Part shown: piece by piece, positions 8,446 through 17,885 of the stretch
Numbering within the stretch: position 1 is the first letter of the stretch
Layout of the letters: every line of letters starts with the position of its first letter
NCBI GenBank assembly: GCA_964582515.1
Contig: CAZOSU010000001.1
Coordinates: forward strand, 1 to 33,606
DNA: 33,606 bases
Source: an uncultured Acetatifactor sp.
Lineage (GTDB): Bacteria > Bacillota > Clostridia > Lachnospirales > Lachnospiraceae
Reading direction: 5' to 3'
Notes under the pieces: model-generated
What the model saw: only the letters and a program-made list of their open reading frames with translations
Databases searched by the model: none
Told to the model about the DNA's origin: nothing
Position numbers and translations under genes: made by a program

Positions 8446-10402
8446 TCCCCTGCAGGCTGCCCGAAAGAAGATCATCATTCAGGCCGTCATTGCGATCCAA
8501 ACCATCGTGATTACGCTGGCGCTGGTCTTCGGTATGAGTGCGGCATGGTATACCAATGTGCTGCAGACCTCCGGATTGCAGTTTCAGGCCGCTGCCTGGG
8601 GCTTTACCGGTGAAGTCGTTGTTGGTACAGCGCCTGTGGAGGCCAGCCCGGGTGATACCGGCATCGTTGGCCTGAAAGTTACCAATACCAGCGACGATAT
8701 CGTCGAGGTAGCGGTCCGGGTATCCAAAGAGCAGATGGAAGTCCCCATGCGGCAGCGGTTTTACTTTTATGTGGAGACGTCTGAGGTCCGCAATACGGAA
8801 GTTTTGGACCGGATCTACATCAATTCAAGGGACAGCTATACCTATTCCATTCTGAGCCAAAGTGAACTGGTCCTCACTGAGGAACGGGCAAACGATGTGC
8901 AGCTGAAATGGCAATGGGTCTACGATATGCTGGGATATTACTTTGTGGGAACGGTGGCAACCACCACCGACCCCACCACCAGCGAGGCGATCATCAGCAC
9001 TCAGGTCGAGGACTACCTCCGGCCGGTGGAATATGATTTGGACAATGCCACCTTCGTCGATGGTATGCTTGCCACGGTGGATGGTGCTGATTTGGATACA
9101 TTCTTGGATCAATTGTCCTCGAATGATGGCTATACGAAGGCTGTTGCTGAAAGTAATTTTCCTGGTTATTATCAGGTGGATGTGGATGAGAATGGATATG
9201 GCGTCTGGGTCTATCTGTGCAATTGGGCAGAGATCCAGCAGGCCACGACTTACGACAGCCAGCTGGGCAAGGAAGCTGCGGATGCATTGCTTGGAGAGAT
9301 AGAAGCTAAGCGGTTTACCGCTCGCCTGACAGTTGTGGGTCAGGAGACCCATCAGGAATACGCCGAGGCCACCACCGCGACACAGCTTGCGGAGCTTCTG
9401 GATCAGGGCGAGCTTGTCAAATTACAGCAGGATCTGGTGCTGACAGAGCCTCTTGTCGTGAAGAGTGGCGTCAAGACGGTGCTGGACCTGAACGGCCATA
9501 GCATCACCGGCGCTGCCGGAGAGCCCTTGCTCCAACTCAGCGAATCGGCTTACCTGACCGTTATGAACGGTGAGATTATAGCCAACGACTCGTCGAAGGA
9601 TGTCATCAGCGTCAGTAACAGTTCCTTGACGCTCAGCGGCATGAAGCTGACAGGCTCCGGCGACGATGCCATTGATATTTCCGACCAGAACGGCAGCGCG
9701 GACTCCTGTATCCGGGTGTTCGACAGCGAGATCAATATGGCCGGCTGTGCGGTGTTTATCCGTGGTAACGGTGAAGCATCCGAGGCAAAAACCCAGATCA
9801 TCATTGAGGACTCTAAGCTTAACAGCGGCTATGTCGCCGTTATGGGCAACGGCTCCAGTGAATTTTGGGGTACCGATGTGCAGATCTACAATTCAACGGT
9901 TACCGGTAAGTATGCCGCTGTGTACCAGCCCCAAAGCGACAGCTTGACGAGAGTTACCAACGGCAGCATCTTGGAAGCTGATACAGCCATCGTTATGAAG
10001 GGCGGCAATCTGGAAATCATTGACAGCAAGGTAATCGGTACTGGTCCAAAAGCTGATCCCCAATATTCTCAGAGCGGCTTTGTTGAGACCGGCGATGCCA
10101 TCTTGATCGATTGCAGCTACAATGTGAAGATCGGTGTCAGCGTTACCGGTAACTCGGAGATTACCAGTACGAATAATCTGGCTGTGCGTGTTTTTGTACC
10201 GGATGGATATGAGAATCATGCAACAGTCACCCTGACTGGCGGTAAATACAGTTCGGATGTTTCAGAATTCGTAGCCGAGGGCTACAAATATGACGCCGAA
10301 ACAAAATCGGTGATCATTGATGATACGCCCGAAGAAACGGTATCCGAGCCTACCGAAACCACCACGGAGACGGTGGAGGAAGGAGCCGGCAATGGGCAAT
10401 AA
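8396..10402 (+). CDS. Secreted protein with SipW-class signal and C-terminal right-handed beta-helix-like domain (putative adhesin/minor subunit)
   Basis: Signal ends VFGMSAAWYT. TVLDLNGHSIT and repeated beta-strand units (DAIDI, CAVFIRGNG, VAVMGNG, TAIVMKGGNLEI) end at LTGGKYSSDVSEFVAEGY. Start uncertain (GTG 8396 or ATG 8408); overlaps the upstream gene. Confidence 0.7.
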   Translation: MLRRMTKKHQKPQKQNNPLQAARKKIIIQAVIAIQTIVITLALVFGMSAAWYTNVLQTSGLQFQAAAWGFTGEVVVGTAPVEASPGDTGIVGLKVTNTSDDIVEVAVRVSKEQMEVPMRQRFYFYVETSEVRNTEVLDRIYINSRDSYTYSILSQSELVLTEERANDVQLKWQWVYDMLGYYFVGTVATTTDPTTSEAIISTQVEDYLRPVEYDLDNATFVDGMLATVDGADLDTFLDQLSSNDGYTKAVAESNFPGYYQVDVDENGYGVWVYLCNWAEIQQATTYDSQLGKEAADALLGEIEAKRFTARLTVVGQETHQEYAEATTATQLAELLDQGELVKLQQDLVLTEPLVVKSGVKTVLDLNGHSITGAAGEPLLQLSESAYLTVMNGEIIANDSSKDVISVSNSSLTLSGMKLTGSGDDAIDISDQNGSADSCIRVFDSEINMAGCAVFIRGNGEASEAKTQIIIEDSKLNSGYVAVMGNGSSEFWGTDVQIYNSTVTGKYAAVYQPQSDSLTRVTNGSILEADTAIVMKGGNLEIIDSKVIGTGPKADPQYSQSGFVETGDAILIDCSYNVKIGVSVTGNSEITSTNNLAVRVFVPDGYENHATVTLTGGKYSSDVSEFVAEGYKYDAETKSVIIDDTPEETVSEPTETTTETVEEGAGNGQ

Positions 10403-10922
10403 GCGGATCGTCTGGCTGTTGGCGGCTGTCTTGCTAACCGCGGCGCTGGTATTTTCTGTAGGCAGCGCCTACGCCAGATACCGGGAGGAATTCAGCGGAG
10501 ATTTTCTCTTTCGGGCAAAAACCCTAGATTCGCTGGCATTTGCGCAGCAGCAGTGGCAGCAGACCGAGGATGGATACACACTGACCTTCTCCATGGAGCA
10601 GGATGAGCCCAGCTGCCGGGTGTTTCTGGCAGCGTCGCAGGGCATCTCCGCACCTGAGAATTTGACAGTCACCCTGACGATTCCGGGAGAGGAATCTGTG
10701 ATCCTGCAGGCAACTGCGGAGCAGATCCCGGAGGTTTCCGCTCTGAGTGCCCTTTTCGGCGCCGGATATACCTTCCGCTTTTTGGATGAGCAGACAAGTC
10801 AGGAGTTGACATTGGAATTGACGGCGGAAAAGGTCTACACGCTGACCGTGCAGGGCTTGGAATCCGCCGCTCAGCAGACCAGCCTTTTGCGGCTGTTTGT
10901 GGAATACGTACCGGAACCGTAA
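10392..10922 (+). CDS. Small secreted protein with SipW-like signal (AYARY), 176 aa
   Basis: GGAGGAAGGAG precedes in-frame ATG 10392; MGNKRIVWLLAAVLLTAALVFSVGSAYARY; overlaps the upstream stop. Confidence 0.7.
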   Translation: MGNKRIVWLLAAVLLTAALVFSVGSAYARYREEFSGDFLFRAKTLDSLAFAQQQWQQTEDGYTLTFSMEQDEPSCRVFLAASQGISAPENLTVTLTIPGEESVILQATAEQIPEVSALSALFGAGYTFRFLDEQTSQELTLELTAEKVYTLTVQGLESAAQQTSLLRLFVEYVPEP

Positions 10923-10937
10923 GGAGGGGACTGCGCC

Positions 10938-12332
10938 ATGGCTGCGGCAAGTAGAACGAACAGAATATTGCTTGCCCTGATCGCCGGCGTCACCGCTTTT
11001 TCCGCAGTTCTCTCTGTTAGTAGCGCAAATGCCCGTCTGATCGATTGGGCAAGCACGGAATTCATTTACATTCCTTCGGAGCAGGCGTCCTATAGCAGCG
11101 ACTGTTTGATTCCCGGAGGACAGCAGATTCTGTTGGCGGATTGGAAACCGGAGGAGCAGCAGCGTGAGATCACCATTGGGGTGGTAAGACCCTCTGTGCA
11201 AGAACCGGAGACGACGATTCCGCAGGAAACTACCCTGCCGACGGAAACGGAGCCAACGGAGACCACCCTCCCCGAAGAAACGGAGCCGACTGAGACCACA
11301 ATCCCCAAGGAAACGGAGCCGGAAACCACTACGGAGCCCACGGAAACTGAGGCTACGGTGCCTTCTGAAGTGGAAGAGACCGTTCCTGAAGAAACTGAGC
11401 CGGAAGAAACCACAGAACCGGTGGATCTTTGGCAGGACACAGAAGCGACGGTAACACTGGATGCGGCAGCTGATGCGCAGATGACCTGCACCGTACAGGT
11501 CAACGAAAATGATATTCAGCTCCTGCTGGCACGCCGAGACGATGCGCAGGCGTTGCAGGATATGGTTACCGCCACCATCCATGTGAAATGGTTTGACGTG
11601 GAGGGCACCTTTGTGATCCGCCTTTTGCCGGAGGCAACGGCTGTGTCCGGCGAGGAGGAAACCGAACCGGATCGCACGATCGTGACGGGTCTTGACCCGG
11701 TACAGGTGAACGACACTATCAATCCTGATAAACCGGTCACTTGTGTGAAGCTGAATTTGAATACGCTTTCCGATTTTACACTGACCTTTTTGAGCAGTGA
11801 GAAGGGCCTGAATAAGGTTCGCTGGAGCGTTGACGGCGGCGCTACCTATTCGCTGCTGTACGACAGCAACACCTTGACGCTCAACTATCCCTATACAGAC
11901 GGGTGGGACGGAACGTTGTTTCTGGATTTCGGCCTCTGTCTGGCGGAGGAGCAGCGGCCAACTATCTCGGTAGCGGCTACCGGATACGATCTGGAGGAAT
12001 GCACTCCGGTGCTGCTGGATTTGCCGGTAGCGGAGCAGCTGATCCTGAAGGCAGCGAACTTGCCCCATACCATTCTGGTCAGCCCCACATGGGGCGCGGC
12101 CAAGCTTCAGCTGCAGCCAATCCAGCATCTGGTTGCGGATGAAACGGGGAATCTCGTTTATCAGGACGACCCGTCGCTGACAGCTGAGGTGACAGGGCAG
12201 GGGATCCGGATAACATCATCAAATCCGGGACTTCTCCCCGCATCCGGCAGTTACCGGATGGGGATCCAGTGGATCTGGAATGAAACAGTTGTTGAAGAAG
12301 AGACTTTGTATTTCTTCGTTAACACCAACTAA
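10938..12332 (+). CDS. Secreted protein with Thr/Glu/Pro-rich linker
   Basis: AAGGAGG RBS; signal ends SVSSANARL; internal TEPTETT repeats; beta-rich C-terminal domains. Confidence 0.75.
   Translation: MAAASRTNRILLALIAGVTAFSAVLSVSSANARLIDWASTEFIYIPSEQASYSSDCLIPGGQQILLADWKPEEQQREITIGVVRPSVQEPETTIPQETTLPTETEPTETTLPEETEPTETTIPKETEPETTTEPTETEATVPSEVEETVPEETEPEETTEPVDLWQDTEATVTLDAAADAQMTCTVQVNENDIQLLLARRDDAQALQDMVTATIHVKWFDVEGTFVIRLLPEATAVSGEEETEPDRTIVTGLDPVQVNDTINPDKPVTCVKLNLNTLSDFTLTFLSSEKGLNKVRWSVDGGATYSLLYDSNTLTLNYPYTDGWDGTLFLDFGLCLAEEQRPTISVAATGYDLEECTPVLLDLPVAEQLILKAANLPHTILVSPTWGAAKLQLQPIQHLVADETGNLVYQDDPSLTAEVTGQGIRITSSNPGLLPASGSYRMGIQWIWNETVVEEETLYFFVNTN
11202..11420 (+). repeat. Degenerate coding tandem repeat (ETEPTETT-like units)
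   Basis: EPETTIPQETTLPTETEPTETTLPEETEPTETTIPKETEPETTTEPTETE...; gaaacggagcc recurs in the DNA. Confidence 0.8.
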
Positions 12333-12403
12333 TAGATAGCAAGACAACTCTAGCAGACATATAGAGCCTGCGTCGCAAGGACACGGCAGGAGGTAGATCA
12401 GAA

Positions 12404-15400
12404 ATGACTGAAACCCAAAGAAGAATAAAGGAATTAAAGCGTGCGCTGCCTAACATGAAGGAAAAGGTAGTGGCTGTGGCTGTGCTGCTCGCACTGTCCC
12501 TGACCATGATGGCCTCCGTCAGCTTTGCGTGGTATACGATGTCTTTTGCGCCTGAATTGGCAGGTGTTAATACAACTGTTGCAGCGAACGGTAGCTTGGA
12601 AGTCGCTCTTTCGGACTACGATGGTTCGGAGCCAAAAGCTTCTGTAGTTGGCGATTCCTTTTCTGCAGAAAATCAAACAATGCACAATGCGAATATCTCC
12701 TGGGGCAATCTGGTGAATCTGACCTCCAACTATGGTATTGAGAGTCTTGTCCTGCGTCCCGCGACATTTACACCCCAATCACCGGTGTTCCTGTCCAGTA
12801 TGAAGTATGGCGATGACGGTCGTGTGGAAGGTACAACAACGGACTTCGCTTTTACAACCTGGACCCTTCTTGATGAGGGTACCCAGTCCTTTGACTTTTC
12901 TGTCGCGAAAGATTCTGCTTTTGGCGTGCGTGCAATCTCCTCGGTAGGTTACGATGAGAGTATGGGTAAATCCATCATGCTTTTGAAGATGGAGCAGGCG
13001 AGAAATGTTTTGCTTGTTTCCACCGATAAGTATGAGACTATTTATGATGGTCAAACAGAAGGTGGGAAAAAGTACGTTGACGTTATTCGTGATGTCGTTA
13101 ACGTTTATTTGAATTATTATACATACAAAGCTCTGGATTCCAGAGGTATGAGTGGCATGGCGGGTATGCTTGGTGTTACCAATGATTCTGAGATTACTGC
13201 CCATATGGATGATCTTGTTGAGATTTTTACGGTGTTTCACGAAGCAATCGTTTTGTATGGTGATGCACTTGATTTCTTGACTGGCGTACAGACAGAAATG
13301 GGTGTGGCAGCCAATAAAGTCAATCTTGGTACTGCTAAAACAAAGCACAATACCCTGGAAGCCAATGTATTAAAAGACCTCAATCTTTTGAAAGAATATG
13401 CGGAATATGAAAAGGTGACTTTTGCGGACAATCCGGAGGTCTTGTCCATTGTTAACAGACTAATTGATATTGACTCTTCCATCATCAATGGCGGCGGAAT
13501 TGAAAACAAATCCGTTTCCGCGCTTATGGCAAGTATGAGTGAAGCGGTTGACATCGTCCTCAACATGAAAGAGGGCACGGAGCTGACGGTCCTGGTTACA
13601 AAGGGTAATCTGAAGACCTTTGAGGAACTGCATGGCGTCAAGCGTTCTATGCGCCTTGAAAACATGAAGCTTGCTGGTAAGAGAGTTCACGGCACAATGA
13701 GCACGAATGCATCCGGCAGCTTGTACGAAGAGGCAATCAACAAAACCCAGAGCTTGGATACCAGCTATTTGAATAGCATGGTGGCCGAAGATACCTACGG
13801 CATGGTCATCGATTTGTGGTTCCGGACGAACAGCCCTGACGGCACATTGCTGGCTTTGGATGGCACAGTGAAAACTGAGACCCGTTACAAGGATCGTATG
13901 ATCATTCTGACGGGTGAGTCGAAATCCAGAAATGTGTATTACTACAATCGTCCGACGGGTGTGGTTGTAAGTGGTATGGAGCTGACGGAGGAAGTCCTCG
14001 TGTTTAAGGGCGAGGAGGGAGACACCAACTTTGAGGTTGGCAGCTACTACGATATCTATACCTATGCGAAAGCCTATAACGGCAATGTTGTTCAAGTCGA
14101 GAAAACAGACGAAAATGGCAATGTCGTGACGGATGATAGCGGCAACACAGTGTATGAAAACGTGGTTGTTGACGATACTGAGAAACCGATTACGGATTCC
14201 GATGTTTCCATCAAGAAGGATTCCTATGAGGTGGTTATTGGTTTTGAGAGTTCTAACCGTTATGATGGTGACTACACCTTCACAGAAGGCTCCGAGATCA
14301 GTGCCACGCAGGGTAGCGGTTCCTGTTTCGTGTTCTATGCCGATACACCTGAGGACTCCGCCGCAGCTATGGAGATGCTGGGTCAGCTGAAGCTGGCGTT
14401 TATGGATGCCGACAACAATCTGCTTGCGAAGGCGATCATGGATGTTGAGCATGTGTTTGCTGAGTCCGGTAAGTACACTGTTCCGATTGTGATCACTGAA
14501 ACAGAGACGATGGTTACCGATGAAAGCACCGGTAAGACCATTTATGGCATTACTGCCATGCAGCAGAATGTTGCGAAACGGATCAGTGTTGTCCTGTATC
14601 TGGAAGGTGAGGGCCTGGAAAACAGCATGGCTTTCTCTGATGGCCTGATTACCGGTAGCCTGAACTTCCAGTTCAGCACTTCTGAGGATCTGAACGCTCT
14701 GAAGAATACGGATCTGGCGGACCAGATCATCTCCCTGACTGCAGGCCTGAATAAAACGTCCTTCGAGATGTACGACGGTACCGTGCAGACCGCAAAGCTG
14801 ACTGCAACTATCGACGGCCTGAGCGCCAAGAAGGTGGAAGCGATCTTCCAGCGTAAGATCAACGCGACTCAGGGTACACGTATGACGCCGGTTACTCTGA
14901 CACAGGAAGGAACCACCAATAACTGGAGTGGCGAATGCTCCTTTGTCCTGCCGGGTACCTACGAACTGAGCAGTCTGTGGATCGACGGTGTTGAGTACAA
15001 GCTGCCGAATAAGATATCCATCACGATGCCGGGCTTCGCTGTCACAGCTGTCAAATTCTGTGAGACTTCCGATGAAAAGGTGGTTTTGACGGCGGAAAAC
15101 TCTGTGACCCGTGATGTCAGCGTCATGTTCAGCGCCGGCCAGCAGCCGGATAAGGTGGAAGTGCGTCTGCAGGGTGAGGATGGTAACTATGTTTCCGCCA
15201 GCCTGATGCAGGATGAGAGTGGTTGGTGGAACGGTACAGCCCGGTTTGATTCCAGTGGTACCTACACGCTGAAATATGTGGTGGTGTCCATGTTGAAGCC
15301 GGAGCCCAACCCCGATAAGGAATACGATGTGGCGTATTATGAGTTGGAAGACGGCTTGGATGAGGAGGGCAATCCGGACGAAAACACCCCCAACTTCCAG

Positions 15401-17110
15401 AAGACTTTCACTGCCTTCCTTGGCCTTCGGGCGGAGGTTAAGTTTAACCAATCCGCAAACGATATCCGCTTTGAATACTATGGCCCTGAGACGGAAGCCA
15501 TTTCTGTCCGGATCCTGACCGATAACGGCACAGAGCTGCGAGCCATGAAGAATGTGAAGCTGTATTATGGTAAGCGTGGTTCCGGTTTGGATGCCAATGG
15601 TCTGCAGGCGGATCTGTCGTGGACTAACGGCGAATATGCCGGTGAGTTCAATGTGAATAAGGTCGGCGTTTTCAACTTTACAAAGCTTGAGGTCGACGGC
15701 AACCTTATCACCATTGCTACCGTGGCACCCAGCATTACGGCCATTTCTCTGGAGCCGCCAGCGTACGAAAGTTCCGAAATTATGTTTGGTACAAATGTGT
15801 CTGATACCCAGCTGCTGATCGTCACGAACCCGGATACCAAGATCTATTACGCGGCAAAGATCGCGGAGGCTTCGGCCGCCGAAATCACTGCTGTGTTTAC
15901 CCGTTCCGATGGAAATGACACAGCGGAGACCGTTCTGATGTCGCCTACATATTTCGGCGAGGGGGCAGCGAATAGTCCGAACCTTGGTGAGGATTACTAT
16001 TACTTCGAGATCCCCAAGACCAAGAACAACAACAGAAATGGCATTTGGACGGTGACACAGCTGCGGTTTGCCGACGTGTATGACGAGAATGGTAAGGAAT
16101 ACACGGCGGAAGATCCCTATCTGCAGACCGTTGGCTACGAGTTTGTTGTGGTCGAGCAGAGCGTAACTGTGGACACGAGGACCTTTGGCAATACAAGCAG
16201 TGCCGCCTTCATGACGTCCTATCCGCTGCGCAAGGCCAATGCCGCCGGTACTGGCTACGACTATGAGTACGGTGCTACCATTACCTATGCGGGTATCGAT
16301 CTGGCGTCCGTCGGTCTGGAGATCAGTAACGTAAAGCTGACCCTCACCCATCAGGGTGACAACGCGACCTACGGCGGCTATACCTACGATACCACGGACT
16401 CGGCTGTTGTGACCAAGATGGCCGCCTACCGGAATTTTGAGTATAACCTGACCCAGAATTCCGCTGGCAAGTGGATCGTGTCTGATGCGGATGCTGCTGT
16501 CCAGCTGGCAGGTACGTATAACTATGTGCTGACCTACAAGCTGACAGGTGTTGGCCTGGCGGCTGATGTAAGCTACAGCTATAGTGGTACTGGTATTAGA
16601 GTCGAGTCTGTAAAGCCGAGTGTATCTATTACTTCGATTTCGCCAAGCGGAACGCATACATCGCTTAAAGTTACGAGTGCTGTTACTGCTGACCAAGTTA
16701 GTGTCGAATCGAAGATAGAAGGCAATACGGCGACTGTCTATCAGAAAGCTACCAAAACAGGTAAATGGTATAACCCCGAATATACCCTTGTTGAAGAGCC
16801 CAAAGTTACGCTAGGTCTAAGCAATATGGGTGCGGCAACAGGTGCATCCATGACATTTACCACAGAAGCCAATAGCGGAACGGTATATATGTATACAGGT
16901 GCTACGCATACCGGACAAACAGCAGCGTTCACATGGACTCCTACTGCACAAACCTGCATGCGCTATATTGGCTACAATGACGCAGGCTCTTGCAATGAAA
17001 CAAAGGTTGCAGGCACATTGAAGTCGAGTGCTGTAGTTTTGACTTTTGATTCTGTTTATTTCAATGTTGCGGTTGATGAGATTACCATTATTAATGTACA
17101 ACCGACATAA
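12404..17110 (+). CDS. Large (1568 aa) SipW-class signal peptide protein, putative fibre tip/adhesin with Ig-like domains
   Basis: AGGAGG RBS; signal ends MASVSFAWYT. Family motifs GSLEVAL, LRPAT, YGMVIDLWFRTN, LKLAF and LYLEG...SLNFQFST are followed by several beta-sandwich-like repeats (W-x-G...GTY). Confidence 0.8.
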   Translation: MTETQRRIKELKRALPNMKEKVVAVAVLLALSLTMMASVSFAWYTMSFAPELAGVNTTVAANGSLEVALSDYDGSEPKASVVGDSFSAENQTMHNANISWGNLVNLTSNYGIESLVLRPATFTPQSPVFLSSMKYGDDGRVEGTTTDFAFTTWTLLDEGTQSFDFSVAKDSAFGVRAISSVGYDESMGKSIMLLKMEQARNVLLVSTDKYETIYDGQTEGGKKYVDVIRDVVNVYLNYYTYKALDSRGMSGMAGMLGVTNDSEITAHMDDLVEIFTVFHEAIVLYGDALDFLTGVQTEMGVAANKVNLGTAKTKHNTLEANVLKDLNLLKEYAEYEKVTFADNPEVLSIVNRLIDIDSSIINGGGIENKSVSALMASMSEAVDIVLNMKEGTELTVLVTKGNLKTFEELHGVKRSMRLENMKLAGKRVHGTMSTNASGSLYEEAINKTQSLDTSYLNSMVAEDTYGMVIDLWFRTNSPDGTLLALDGTVKTETRYKDRMIILTGESKSRNVYYYNRPTGVVVSGMELTEEVLVFKGEEGDTNFEVGSYYDIYTYAKAYNGNVVQVEKTDENGNVVTDDSGNTVYENVVVDDTEKPITDSDVSIKKDSYEVVIGFESSNRYDGDYTFTEGSEISATQGSGSCFVFYADTPEDSAAAMEMLGQLKLAFMDADNNLLAKAIMDVEHVFAESGKYTVPIVITETETMVTDESTGKTIYGITAMQQNVAKRISVVLYLEGEGLENSMAFSDGLITGSLNFQFSTSEDLNALKNTDLADQIISLTAGLNKTSFEMYDGTVQTAKLTATIDGLSAKKVEAIFQRKINATQGTRMTPVTLTQEGTTNNWSGECSFVLPGTYELSSLWIDGVEYKLPNKISITMPGFAVTAVKFCETSDEKVVLTAENSVTRDVSVMFSAGQQPDKVEVRLQGEDGNYVSASLMQDESGWWNGTARFDSSGTYTLKYVVVSMLKPEPNPDKEYDVAYYELEDGLDEEGNPDENTPNFQKTFTAFLGLRAEVKFNQSANDIRFEYYGPETEAISVRILTDNGTELRAMKNVKLYYGKRGSGLDANGLQADLSWTNGEYAGEFNVNKVGVFNFTKLEVDGNLITIATVAPSITAISLEPPAYESSEIMFGTNVSDTQLLIVTNPDTKIYYAAKIAEASAAEITAVFTRSDGNDTAETVLMSPTYFGEGAANSPNLGEDYYYFEIPKTKNNNRNGIWTVTQLRFADVYDENGKEYTAEDPYLQTVGYEFVVVEQSVTVDTRTFGNTSSAAFMTSYPLRKANAAGTGYDYEYGATITYAGIDLASVGLEISNVKLTLTHQGDNATYGGYTYDTTDSAVVTKMAAYRNFEYNLTQNSAGKWIVSDADAAVQLAGTYNYVLTYKLTGVGLAADVSYSYSGTGIRVESVKPSVSITSISPSGTHTSLKVTSAVTADQVSVESKIEGNTATVYQKATKTGKWYNPEYTLVEEPKVTLGLSNMGAATGASMTFTTEANSGTVYMYTGATHTGQTAAFTWTPTAQTCMRYIGYNDAGSCNETKVAGTLKSSAVVLTFDSVYFNVAVDEITIINVQPT

Positions 17111-17116
17111 CTTCAA

Positions 17117-17150
17117 TGTGGGAGGGTTTGGATAACCAAGTCCTCCCACA
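17117..17150 (+). promoter_or_regulatory. Intergenic stem-loop without U-tract
   Basis: tgtgggagg (17117-17125) pairs with cctcccaca (17142-17150), extended inward by gtttgg/ccaagt around an ataa loop. Confidence 0.5.
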
Positions 17151-17163
17151 GAATGGAGACTCT

Positions 17164-17862
17164 ATGATCAAACCGGAATTGTTGCTGATACTGCTAATTG
17201 GTGCTGTTAGTATGTGTGTACTGATAGCATGGCAGATGAAGTGGTATAGTATTCGTCCTTGGAAAAGTGTCGCTGTCACAATTGCATTGATATTGTCTGG
17301 GCTATTTGGCTCGGAAGTGTGGTACTTTGTAGAGAACCTACACTTTGGTGGAAGATCATTTTATGGGGCTGTTTTTCTCTCGCCGCTGGTATTTTACCCG
17401 ATAGCGAAGCTGCTACGCATTCCGTATGGCGAGACGATGGATTTTGTTGCTCCGGCGGGCTGCCTTACATTGGCTTTGGTGAAGATACAGTGCCTACGAG
17501 ATGGCTGTTGTGAGGGAATTGTCCTTGGAGTAGATGAGAATTTGCTCTGTATTTTGTTTCCCAGCCAGATTGTGGAAATGATTGCATTTTTGCTGATTTC
17601 CGTAACGCTGTTCGTGATGGCGCACAATCCCAAGAATCGTAAACAGATATTCTTGTGGTTTCTGGTACTTTACGGCAGCGCAAGATTTGTTCTTGACTTT
17701 TTCCGCAGCCATACAGGCATCTATGCGCTTGGCCTGTCCGCAGGCTCCTTCTGGTCGCTAATTGCATTCTTGATCGGTGGGGGAACGTTGCTATACATCC
17801 ACAGGCGTAGTGTGAAGAAGTGGATTTACTCTAAGCGGGGCAGAACGACACTACAACGCTGA
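17164..17862 (+). CDS. Divergent prolipoprotein diacylglyceryl transferase (Lgt) family membrane protein
   Basis: GGAG precedes in-frame ATG 17164. Multi-TM protein with GGRSFYGA, MDFVAP, KIQCLRDGCCEG, FPSQIVE and YGSARFVLDFFR, matching the Lgt motif layout with substitutions. Confidence 0.75.
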   Translation: MIKPELLLILLIGAVSMCVLIAWQMKWYSIRPWKSVAVTIALILSGLFGSEVWYFVENLHFGGRSFYGAVFLSPLVFYPIAKLLRIPYGETMDFVAPAGCLTLALVKIQCLRDGCCEGIVLGVDENLLCILFPSQIVEMIAFLLISVTLFVMAHNPKNRKQIFLWFLVLYGSARFVLDFFRSHTGIYALGLSAGSFWSLIAFLIGGGTLLYIHRRSVKKWIYSKRGRTTLQR

Positions 17863-17885
17863 CATAACTAGAAAGGAACCGCGCT

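Noticed and set aside
13460..16696. 1078-aa minus-strand ORF
   Set aside because: Antisense shadow of the 1568-aa gene caused by codon bias; no motifs.
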